From NCBI GenBank assembly GCA_903920005.1, contig CAIXKI010000156.1, forward strand, positions 1,029 through 65,028: a DNA stretch of 64,000 bases. The letters are read 5' to 3'. The DNA is from an uncultured delta proteobacterium. GTDB lineage: Bacteria > Bdellovibrionota_C > UBA2361 > OMII01. A program made the translations under genes and the position numbers. Below, one piece after another: positions 46,885 through 56,378 of the stretch (positions are counted from its first letter, which is position 1; each line of letters opens with the position of its first letter). The notes beneath the pieces are model-generated. The model did not search any database and was not told the origin of the DNA. It saw nothing but the letters and a program-made list of their open reading frames with translations.

Positions 46885-47739
46885 ATGCCAATGCTAATAC
46901 CATCCACCGAGCCTTCCCTTGAGCAGATCGTCTTGAGGCTGCTTGCGCGAAAACCACATCTGAGTGCGGAGCGAATTCGAGTTCTCGCGTCGCAGGGGAG
47001 GAGCTCCTACAGTCCCGCTGCGGTATACAAGGTTTTGAGCCGGCTCCTCTCAAGTGGCGTTGCTGTAAGGTCGGGATCCCAATACAGCCTTAGCCTGGCA
47101 TGGGTATTTGAGCTTCTCACCTTTGCTGGCGATATCTCAAAAACCTACTTCTCCGACGAGTATGTAGGAACGCTTCTCCCGGCGATTGATAAAAAGATGA
47201 CATGGAAGTTTGCAAATTTGGCACGGTGTAACGAATTTTGGAATCAACTTCTGCTGGCGCTTCTCAAGGGAACTCGGGCTGAAAATATCTTTTCATGGGT
47301 TCCGTATCCTTGGTTCGCTCTTTTGCAAGACGGCGCAGAGTCGAGGTTACACCAGGCATTTAAGATGAGCGGGCGGACCTTCTACACGAGCTTTGGGCCG
47401 AGCGGAGCTCTCGAACCGGTAGTCAAAAAACTCTACAGCCACAAAAACCAGATAATATCCTTCGCAAAAGGGCCGCTCCATGAGCTGAAGAATTCATATA
47501 TCGACGTCGTAGGCGACTATGTTCTTACAGTGACTCTTGCTCCGGACTCCGCCCGAAGTATAAATGGACTCTTTTCAGAGCTCCGTACCCGACACGCGGT
47601 CAATCTTGGCAAACATCTGGCTGTGTTATCTGAGCGGTGCAAGGTTACGGTAACAATTGAATGCAACCAGAAGAAAGCTGCGAAGTTAAGACAGCCGCTG
47701 CAAGTATTTTTCGGCTTAGACCAGGGCGACGAGGAATAA
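46885..47739 (+). CDS. hypothetical protein with a probable N-terminal winged-helix DNA-binding domain
   Basis: SLEQIVLRLLARKPHLSAERIRVLASQGRSSYSPAAVYKVLSRLLSSGVAVRSGSQYSLS has a MarR/PadR-like wHTH pattern. The remaining ~200 aa are unassigned. Confidence 0.6.
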   Translation: MPMLIPSTEPSLEQIVLRLLARKPHLSAERIRVLASQGRSSYSPAAVYKVLSRLLSSGVAVRSGSQYSLSLAWVFELLTFAGDISKTYFSDEYVGTLLPAIDKKMTWKFANLARCNEFWNQLLLALLKGTRAENIFSWVPYPWFALLQDGAESRLHQAFKMSGRTFYTSFGPSGALEPVVKKLYSHKNQIISFAKGPLHELKNSYIDVVGDYVLTVTLAPDSARSINGLFSELRTRHAVNLGKHLAVLSERCKVTVTIECNQKKAAKLRQPLQVFFGLDQGDEE

Positions 47740-48109
47740 GCTCTGTTTGCGCGGTGGCAGACTCCGTTGACGACTGCTCGTAGCAGACGATTGGGTCTAG
47801 GGAGTTTGGTGGCCTCCGGGCGAGGCTTTTAAACCACGGCACCGTTCCCAGCGGCTAGACTAGGACGGTGCAAGCACTGACAGATCCTTCCAGGGATGAA
47901 AGGAGCACAAGCTCCGCCCCTAGCAGTATGCTTTGAGAATTAGGGCAAAAAGGTCTGAGGCCTATCTGTAATCAATAGGTTGTACAGGGCCGTGGGCTGA
48001 ACGCGTCGGATTTAGGTCGTTCAGACGAAAAAAGCCGAGCTGATATATTAACTCTTTCGATACTTCTGTCGTCTACCCGAAGAGCAGGTGCTGAGTAAGG
48101 AGCGATCCG

Positions 48110-50860
48110 TTGGGAAACGTCAAAAAGTCGAGCGGAAATCGGATCTCTCAGAGACGCGGGCGCACAATCGCCTCTAGCGCCAGCCTGTCGATCTTTTATC
48201 TCCTCCGCCTATTCATAGTCGCCTTTTTGTTAGGGTCACATGACCTCCTTGCTCAATCCGGCGGACCGGGAATTCAGCTTAGCAGTCCAGAGAGTAGTCA
48301 CGGCGGTGCTCCCCTATGCGATGGGATGCCCGTCGGCTACCAAACAAACCCGCTACCGGCAGCTGGTGTCTGCCTAGACTCTATTAAAGAGTGCGTTCTT
48401 AAAGGCGGGCAAGCCTCTTGGCAGACAAAAACCTTCTTCACGGGATTCTCCCGCTCCTGCGTTCCGTCAGCTCAAGTTGACGCCTGCCAGCCATACACAT
48501 GTGTCGCTGGCGCTGGAAGCTGTTCTCCCAGTGGCACCCCAGTAAAATGTGATCCCTCCGCCGACGGTTGCACGGCCTATGCCTGCGACCCGCAGAAGCC
48601 GGGAACTTGCATAATCACCGAGAAAAAAGATCCGAACCAATGCGTGGTCACTTGGCAGGATCAAGAGACGCCGTGTGGTGGCGCTACTATCTACCACAAG
48701 GTAGTCACCATTTCAGATCCGTGTTGTAAATATAAGGTTGGATATACCGAGCCGACATCACGAGTCTCTCCGGCTTGTAATCCTACGCCTCAGTGTACTG
48801 ATGGTGTGTTCGAGGTTGAATTTACGGGGAGCGTAAACAATGGAATCGTACCCGTCGGCGAGGCGTGGGCGATGAAGACCTCGACGGCTAAGGGTAAGGT
48901 AACTCTTGCGCATCAAGCTGGTAAGCGCGTTGTCGTCGCTGGTGCTGCGACGCTTGAAGGAAAAGCTACTGGGTCTTTGGGGGGCTGGGGGTATCTCGCC
49001 AAACTAGTCGTGTCATGGAGTGGCACCGATAGCCCCTCCGCAACGGTTCAGCTGCGCCGTGATGGGGGAATCTATAGCGACGGCGAAGTGCAGTATGTTT
49101 CCATAGCGACACGCGAGGACTCCGCAGGTACCAGTATCGTAACGATCTCGGGCGAAGCGAGAGTGCGGAGCACTACGGGCTGGCACGCTTGGAGCAACTT
49201 CTCAGTCACCGCTCAGGTTGAGTGTCGTCCATGTGAACTCTTCGTTGGGGAAGTAAAGGCAGAGGAGATTGCGAAAGATACCGGAGATTTTGGCAAATAC
49301 TCTTTCGACCGAGTATTTCCCCCGGTTCAGGATGGGGCTCCAAGCTGCCTGGCGCAGTGGCGCGAGAAGATCTCGAAAATGAGCATCAATACGGCCAAGG
49401 ACCCGACATTCTGGACCGATCAGAAACATTATAGAGACGACTACTGGGCGCTCTGGTTCATAGATGACATGGCAAAGGTTCGTAACGGCGTGTTTTACAA
49501 TCCAGCAAAGGATTTCTCGCCTGTGTGTAGCGTCCCGTGCACCAAAGCTAATACCCCTATGACCCCAAAGTGCTGGTGTAATAAAGAAGCCGAGGTATGG
49601 GCTTATGGAAAGGATTGGAAGGATGTGCCGGCCAAAATCGAGTGCGTCAAACGTGCTCCGGTTGGTGTGCCTGGCTACGTCCATTGGGAGGGGGCATGCA
49701 TAGACACTAAGATATATTTAGACTCTTCGTGCAATGTAGTGCCAGCGACTGACCTTGCAGGAAAGAAGGTCTGCGGGGGCGCGAAGATCACCTTCTATCC
49801 CTCCTCTCCAATATCACTACTATGGAACACTTCGAAGCCCATTACGGCGCATGGATCAGTTGTCAATTTTCCGCTGGATAAGAGTCGGCCCGATAGCTGG
49901 TACGTTTGGTACGGCTCAGAGGAGACCCCGCTGCTAGTATACGATCCAGGCCATAGAGGAACGGTCTCGTCGGTCGAGCAGCTTTTCGGCAACTGGACCT
50001 TCGGCGGACAGCGCAGCGCTGCTCTATCCCTTGACGCATCGACGGCCCCAAGGCCGTGGCGCGATGGATACGCTGCTCTTGAGACCCTTGATCATAACGG
50101 AGATGGCGAGATCTCTGGCGAAGAGCTTGAGCCGCTCGCCCTTTGGTTCGACCGGGGAGCCGATGCGGTGGTGGGAGTAGGGGAGGTGCGTCGGCTGAGT
50201 GAAGTGGGGGTCACGCGCCTATTCCTGAGCCCACGTTCGCAAGATGAGATGAGCAGAAATGTGCACGTCAAGCGAGGTTATACGGCGATCTCGAACGGAA
50301 TAGAGCACGTTGGAGAAACCGTGGACTGGTATAGCCAGGGAGCCCGCACACAGGCGCAGCTGATTGCGCTGCAGCAGTTTGGTGGTGCGCTTAGCGTCAA
50401 TCGGGGGGAGAGTTCCGAGGCGAAAAGAGCCGGCATTTCATCGCCCTCACCGGCGCCCGTTGGTATAGCCGCTTCTATCTTGCATGATCCTCGCATCAAC
50501 GGCGCGTGGTACTGGAAAGCAAAAGAGGATCAAGGCAGCTCTCCTCGCGGAATGCTCCTCATAACTGCGCGTCAGGATAGCTCGATCTCGGGGATCTCCG
50601 TAACCGAGATTCCAATTCGTGACCCGGCAGGTAAGGTAAGTGTGATCGAGATGATGAAACCGTTCGCCGGAACGATAATCTCTAAAACAGAGGAGCATTA
50701 CCGCATAACCTTTCAGACGCTAGGGGGAGACCCTCAAGACGAGAGCGCCTCAATCTCGGAGGCGGAGGTGGATCTACAACGAGGCATCCTCTCCGGAAAG
50801 ACTACTGAGCCTATAGGAGAAGACAAGAGGCTCACCTATCGATGGGCAGCTACACGATGA
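48110..50860 (+). CDS. large secreted protein (916 aa): Cys-rich N-terminal region, EF-hand-like DxNxDG calcium motif near the C-terminus
   Basis: TTG start with AAGGAG 8 nt upstream. It has a signal-like helix (IFYLLRLFIVAFLLGSHDLLAQS), about 25 Cys in residues 70-230, and LDHNGDGEISGEELEPLALWFDRGAD. Confidence 0.75.
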   Translation: MGNVKKSSGNRISQRRGRTIASSASLSIFYLLRLFIVAFLLGSHDLLAQSGGPGIQLSSPESSHGGAPLCDGMPVGYQTNPLPAAGVCLDSIKECVLKGGQASWQTKTFFTGFSRSCVPSAQVDACQPYTCVAGAGSCSPSGTPVKCDPSADGCTAYACDPQKPGTCIITEKKDPNQCVVTWQDQETPCGGATIYHKVVTISDPCCKYKVGYTEPTSRVSPACNPTPQCTDGVFEVEFTGSVNNGIVPVGEAWAMKTSTAKGKVTLAHQAGKRVVVAGAATLEGKATGSLGGWGYLAKLVVSWSGTDSPSATVQLRRDGGIYSDGEVQYVSIATREDSAGTSIVTISGEARVRSTTGWHAWSNFSVTAQVECRPCELFVGEVKAEEIAKDTGDFGKYSFDRVFPPVQDGAPSCLAQWREKISKMSINTAKDPTFWTDQKHYRDDYWALWFIDDMAKVRNGVFYNPAKDFSPVCSVPCTKANTPMTPKCWCNKEAEVWAYGKDWKDVPAKIECVKRAPVGVPGYVHWEGACIDTKIYLDSSCNVVPATDLAGKKVCGGAKITFYPSSPISLLWNTSKPITAHGSVVNFPLDKSRPDSWYVWYGSEETPLLVYDPGHRGTVSSVEQLFGNWTFGGQRSAALSLDASTAPRPWRDGYAALETLDHNGDGEISGEELEPLALWFDRGADAVVGVGEVRRLSEVGVTRLFLSPRSQDEMSRNVHVKRGYTAISNGIEHVGETVDWYSQGARTQAQLIALQQFGGALSVNRGESSEAKRAGISSPSPAPVGIAASILHDPRINGAWYWKAKEDQGSSPRGMLLITARQDSSISGISVTEIPIRDPAGKVSVIEMMKPFAGTIISKTEEHYRITFQTLGGDPQDESASISEAEVDLQRGILSGKTTEPIGEDKRLTYRWAATR

Positions 50861-51083
50861 CTCACGGATCCGTTCGGTAGCTTCGCGACATTGGCACTCG
50901 TAGTGTTGCGGGGCTTTCCCCGTTCTTCTGGACTGCTCCGGGGGGATACCTCTCGCTGCCGACTACAGTGGGAGAGCTTTATGGGCCGGGGTAAAAAGCA
51001 CAGGTCCGGTATAGGTGGGTTCTCAGTGCGCGAGGTAAGAACCCTAAGAGGAAATGGAAGTGCTACGCGATGCACCTTTATAA

Positions 51084-51626
51084 TCAGGTTGAATTCGGAC
51101 GCCGGTTCCTACCCAAATCGCCCGAAGGTGATGAGGTAGGCGCTATCGGAGTCGTACTCACCTGTTGCACCTCAACCCACTGTGTTACCTGTACCCACGT
51201 TGTGGTGGGAACAGTTTCAGTTCGGGTGCAGAGCCAAGTTACAAACAGCCCTTGATGAGGCCGTGTAACATTGGCGAGACCCGTGCTGGGTTGATGGATA
51301 CCCTGCGGAGCGAATCGGTAGACTCGCCCGCCGTGACGGACAAAAAGTTGTCCGCCACTGATCATCGTCTCTGTAGGAACGCCGAGTTCCCAAGAAACTA
51401 GCCGGTGTTCGATCAGCTGCCCGCCCTGGTCTACCCAGACCGTCTTGGGGCCCTGCCCCAGATTAACGACGGTCCACTGACCCTTAGGGGCCTCAAAGCT
51501 TACACCGGCAAACCCGACAGCCTCCATCCGCAGAGGCGGAAAAGCGGGTTGCTCCTGCCCTGGAGCAATTCCCGCCAAGAGGACTGTCATCAGCATCCCT
51601 GCAGCAACGTGTGCTGCAGTGTTCAT
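51084..51626 (-). CDS. secreted hypothetical protein
   Basis: 180-aa ORF with a signal peptide (AAGMLMTVLLAGIAPGQE). No recognisable family. Confidence 0.5.
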   Translation of the reverse strand: MNTAAHVAAGMLMTVLLAGIAPGQEQPAFPPLRMEAVGFAGVSFEAPKGQWTVVNLGQGPKTVWVDQGGQLIEHRLVSWELGVPTETMISGGQLFVRHGGRVYRFAPQGIHQPSTGLANVTRPHQGLFVTWLCTRTETVPTTTWVQVTQWVEVQQVSTTPIAPTSSPSGDLGRNRRPNST

Positions 51627-52006
51627 CGCGATATCTCCTGTGTAACAAAAACCGAAACAACCTCAGTGCGCACTGAGATTCCCAGATGTGCTTGAAGACC
51701 TATACCTGGCCTCTGCAGGCTTGTCATATGCTAGCCGCTGTTCTGGCTAGAAGAAGACTGTTAGGCACTGGAGGTCTCTGCTGTAAAAATAAGAGACGAG
51801 AGTCTCTCCCGCTCTGCGACGTCGCCTATCTATTTAGTTATAAAAGGCTTTAACGAGGAGTTGTGATGAGGTCCACGGCTTCAGGGTATAGTATTCTACT
51901 TAAAGTGGACTGTAGCCATTTGGAGGGATAGGAGCAGCGGAAAAGGCGTCGGTAGGTCGATGTTTTTCGGTCAAGGTAAACTCGGGGAAAGCGCCTGCTG
52001 CCGATG

Positions 52007-52045
52007 AAAAAAATCCCCGCCACGGCTCTCACCGGGGCGGGGATT
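52007..52045 (-). terminator. Rho-independent terminator of ahcY
   Basis: On the minus strand AATCCCCGCC-(14-nt loop)-GGCGGGGATT is followed by TTTTTTTCATC. It lies about 35 nt after the ahcY stop. Confidence 0.85.
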
Positions 52046-52078
52046 AGAGGTAACTCGCTCTCGCGAGTTTGACGCGCT

Positions 52079-53407
<1,329 letters not shown>

Positions 53408-53662
53408 TTAAGATGCACCTCGCCGGTGAGGTGGCTTTTGACTTCGTGATACTAGACCAGGATATGGCGGCCTACAAGCAAGGTAGGTAGATACTTCCGG
53501 CTCGTTGCTGAAATGCCGCAAGGGGCTAATTTTTGGACCGTTTTTGGCTCAGGACGCCGGAATAAGGTTGCGGAGAAAAGGGCCTAAAAGAGAACCTTCG
53601 CGAATGCGAAACAAGGGCCGAGAGCGCGTTATGCAATCCCTCGACCCAAGTTATCATCGTCG

Positions 53663-53848
53663 TTAGGACCCAGTCTTACGTTCGGGCCTGTCTAGGTGTT
53701 TCCTTGAAATCTCCTCTCTCATGATCTCGACGATCTTGGGAGCTTCGAATCCGAGTCGAACACCAGTAGGGCCGATGTCGAGAACCGTGACCACCACGTC
53801 CTCACCGATGACGATCCGTTGCCCGATCCGACGTGTCAATACCAGCAT
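53663..53848 (-). CDS. csrA: carbon storage regulator CsrA
   Basis: MLVLTRRIGQRIVIGEDVVVTVLDIGPTGVRLGFEAPKIVEIMREEI. AGGAGG lies 7 nt upstream of this ATG. The track's 13-codon GTG extension was rejected. Confidence 0.9.
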   Translation of the reverse strand: MLVLTRRIGQRIVIGEDVVVTVLDIGPTGVRLGFEAPKIVEIMREEISRKHLDRPERKTGS

Positions 53849-54000
53849 TATGATGCCTCCTAGGTGCTGGCCGAAAAGAATCCTCACATCCTGGACTACG
53901 CTAGTTCAGATAATGTCAAGACTCAGCAGAAAACCTTAGCTTCTTAAAGCCCTTCTCCGCCAAAAGAAGTGAGGACTTAGAATACCCCAAATTCATGAGC

Positions 54001-54864
54001 TTAAGAAACTTTTGAGGTCTGATTTTTAGCCTTTTGCCAAAGAGCCTCCAGCTGCTCCACTGTGAGAGTATTGAGCGAGGTGTTCGGGTGTTCTTGAGTC
54101 GCAATCTGTTCGAGAGCCTTAAAACGCCCTAGGAACTTAGCGTTAGCGGCGACAAGGGCCTCCTCGGCGTTAAATCCCAGGTGGCGACTCTCCTGTGCGA
54201 GGGTGAAAAGCAGGTCTCCGAACTCCTCAAATACAAGCTCCTTGTTGAAAGGTTTTCCGCCCCGATTAAGGCCACTTCCTGTTGTATCTGGAAGCTCCAG
54301 AAGAAATTCTTGAAGCTCCTCTTGTACCTTCTCGGCCACACCATCGGTCGTTTTCCAGTCGAATCCGACGCGAGCGCAGCGTACCCCGATCTCATGAGAT
54401 TTATGGAGCGCGGGCATAGACCGAGGAAGTCCATCGAGGAGTCCCTTACCTTTTCCGGGATCTCCAGCGCGCTCCTGATGCTTAATCGTTTCCCAGTTTT
54501 TTAGGACCTCTTCCTCGCCGCTTACCTCTACATCGGCGAATACATGGGGATGGCGACGGATTAATTTTGCGGTAATTCCCTCGAGGATCGAGGCGAACGT
54601 AAATCGATTCCCCTCTTCGGCGATGCGCGCGTAGAGCGCAACGATCGACAAGAGATCTCCCAGCTCCTCGCACACAGCAACATCACCAGTCCCCACAGCG
54701 TCAGAGACTTCGTAGGACTCTTCAATGAGACATGAGCGGAGTGATTCAAAGGTCTGTTTGAGGTCCCAGGGGCATCCACCGCTCGGGCTTCGTAGTTGGG
54801 CAATGACATCGAGAAACTTAGAGAGGGCCTCTGCCGCGCTCTGATTGGATGGGCTTTGTGACAT
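54001..54864 (-). CDS. mazG: nucleoside triphosphate pyrophosphohydrolase MazG
   Basis: Tandem MazG domains: CPWDLKQTFESLRSCLIEESYEVSDA and ELGDLL (first), EEFGDLLFTLA (second). Confidence 0.9.
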   Translation of the reverse strand: MSQSPSNQSAAEALSKFLDVIAQLRSPSGGCPWDLKQTFESLRSCLIEESYEVSDAVGTGDVAVCEELGDLLSIVALYARIAEEGNRFTFASILEGITAKLIRRHPHVFADVEVSGEEEVLKNWETIKHQERAGDPGKGKGLLDGLPRSMPALHKSHEIGVRCARVGFDWKTTDGVAEKVQEELQEFLLELPDTTGSGLNRGGKPFNKELVFEEFGDLLFTLAQESRHLGFNAEEALVAANAKFLGRFKALEQIATQEHPNTSLNTLTVEQLEALWQKAKNQTSKVS

Positions 54865-54923
54865 GGGCTCACGCTAGCACTTGAGGGTAGGGGCTTCAAT
54901 CAAAACGTGATGCCGTCCGTCGC

Positions 54924-55712
54924 TCAAGCGTTTTCAAAGATTCGATAGAGTCGGAGTCGAAAGCGAGCCCACACCCGGGCTTGAGCAAGCGCCACAACAT
55001 CAACGCGAGCCGCTCCGGCTTTGTTGAGCGCGTGCGCTGCGGCAGCGATCGTGGCTCCGGTGGTAATCACATCTTCAACGAGTAGTATTCGTTTGCCCAT
55101 AATCGCATGTGGACGGGGGACCACGAAAAAGTGCCGAAGGCCTCGCAAACGCTCTTCGTGAGAGAGGGTCGCTTGGGGAGCTTTCCTCTGGTTGTGCCTG
55201 AGCGCAGGAAAAATAGGCGGTGACCCGACACCAGGAGCGAGGGCCTTCGCGATCTCATGGCAGGGATGAAAGAGGCGTTTACGGAGGGTGTGTGGTGATG
55301 ACGGGATAGGCACGATCAGGTCCCATTGATCATCGTCAAACAGCAGGGGCAGCGCGTCGCGCACAAACGCTCCGCTCATTCGTGTCAGCGTCATACTTGG
55401 TTGATACTTCATCGACCGGATGAGATCTCGCGCGAGCCCTTCGTATTCCCAGAGGTACCTCATTCGAAAGGTTGGCGGTGGCAATGTCAGGCAGGTGTGG
55501 CAGGTCGATACAGCCTCGCTCGACGCGAGCAACGCACCGAAGCATCTAAAACATCTGCTAACAAGTTGATTCGGAGCTCTGTCAGGGGTGCATCGAAAGC
55601 AGAGGGAACGGCCCCGAAGTGGTCGCGTACAGACGAGACACTCTCGTGGGAAGAGTATCTCAAGGGAGCCGTCCAGCCAGGCGAGAGCTCGCTCCCGCAA
55701 CCCTACGTCCAT
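54924..55712 (-). CDS. comF: ComF-family phosphoribosyltransferase-like protein
   Basis: N-terminal Cys-rich zinc-finger region (CLVC...CFRC...CFRC...CHTC) and a C-terminal PRTase motif (ILLVEDVITTGAT). Confidence 0.8.
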   Translation of the reverse strand: MDVGLRERALAWLDGSLEILFPRECLVCTRPLRGRSLCFRCTPDRAPNQLVSRCFRCFGALLASSEAVSTCHTCLTLPPPTFRMRYLWEYEGLARDLIRSMKYQPSMTLTRMSGAFVRDALPLLFDDDQWDLIVPIPSSPHTLRKRLFHPCHEIAKALAPGVGSPPIFPALRHNQRKAPQATLSHEERLRGLRHFFVVPRPHAIMGKRILLVEDVITTGATIAAAAHALNKAGAARVDVVALAQARVWARFRLRLYRIFENA

Positions 55713-55801
55713 CGTGAAGGCTCCTCGTACGCGCCACGGAGTTCATTCCCGTGCTTTCAATGCAACGAGGGCTTGTTCGGCGGATTGATGGGGAAGTTGC
55801 G

Positions 55802-56096
55802 TGGAATTCAACTGGAGGGCCGGCGGCCTCGCCGGCCGCAGGTACGAATGTTTGATGCAATTCAATTGGAGGGGCACCGTCCTCGGTGCCCACGGGTATG
55901 AATGTTTGATGTGTTTGATGTCGCGGGTTGCAACAGGGGCACCGAGGCCGGTGCCCCTTCACGATCGTCCGAGGGTTGCAACAAGCCGGCGAGGCCGCCG
56001 GCCCTCCAGGCACGATCGTCGCGGGTTCAAACCAATCCCCTAATTACCTCGGGCGCAATTGGAAGGCCGGCGGCCTCAGGCATAAATGTACCGTGG
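55802..56096. repeat. array of at least 5 REP-like hairpin units in both orientations
   Basis: Units: CAAyTGGAG-[GGCCGGCG GCCT CGCCGGCC or GGGCACCG TCCT CGGTGCCC]-..GGTAyGAATGTTTGATG (two copies), inverted-type units GGGTTGCAACA-[hairpin]-..CACGATCGTC (two copies), and one truncated unit at 56053..56096. Confidence 0.8.
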
Positions 56097-56378
56097 CATG
56101 AATTTTGGCGACCATCGGCCCTCCACGCATCTTTACCTACCCGACCACCGAGTGTCCGGGTATCATCTGTAGCAGGGTGGTAACAAATGATTTCCTGTAG
56201 AGCATTTCGATAGTTTGACTGCGACTTCATTGGAGCCAACGAAAAAATCCTCAACGTATCTCAGAGAATACGCTTCCGTTTTTTCGTCGTCTCCGCCTTG
56301 TTTCGTCACAACTCTCAAAATGCTCACGACGGAACTATTTTTCATCCCCCTGCCAAGGCGTACAAGCGAAAACGATCA

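Noticed and set aside
55802-56096. Whether the repeat cluster could be a CRISPR array
   Set aside because: The units occur in both orientations. They are themselves hairpins with shared flanks, and they are not separated by unique spacers of uniform length. No cas genes are nearby. It fits REP/BIME-type elements instead.
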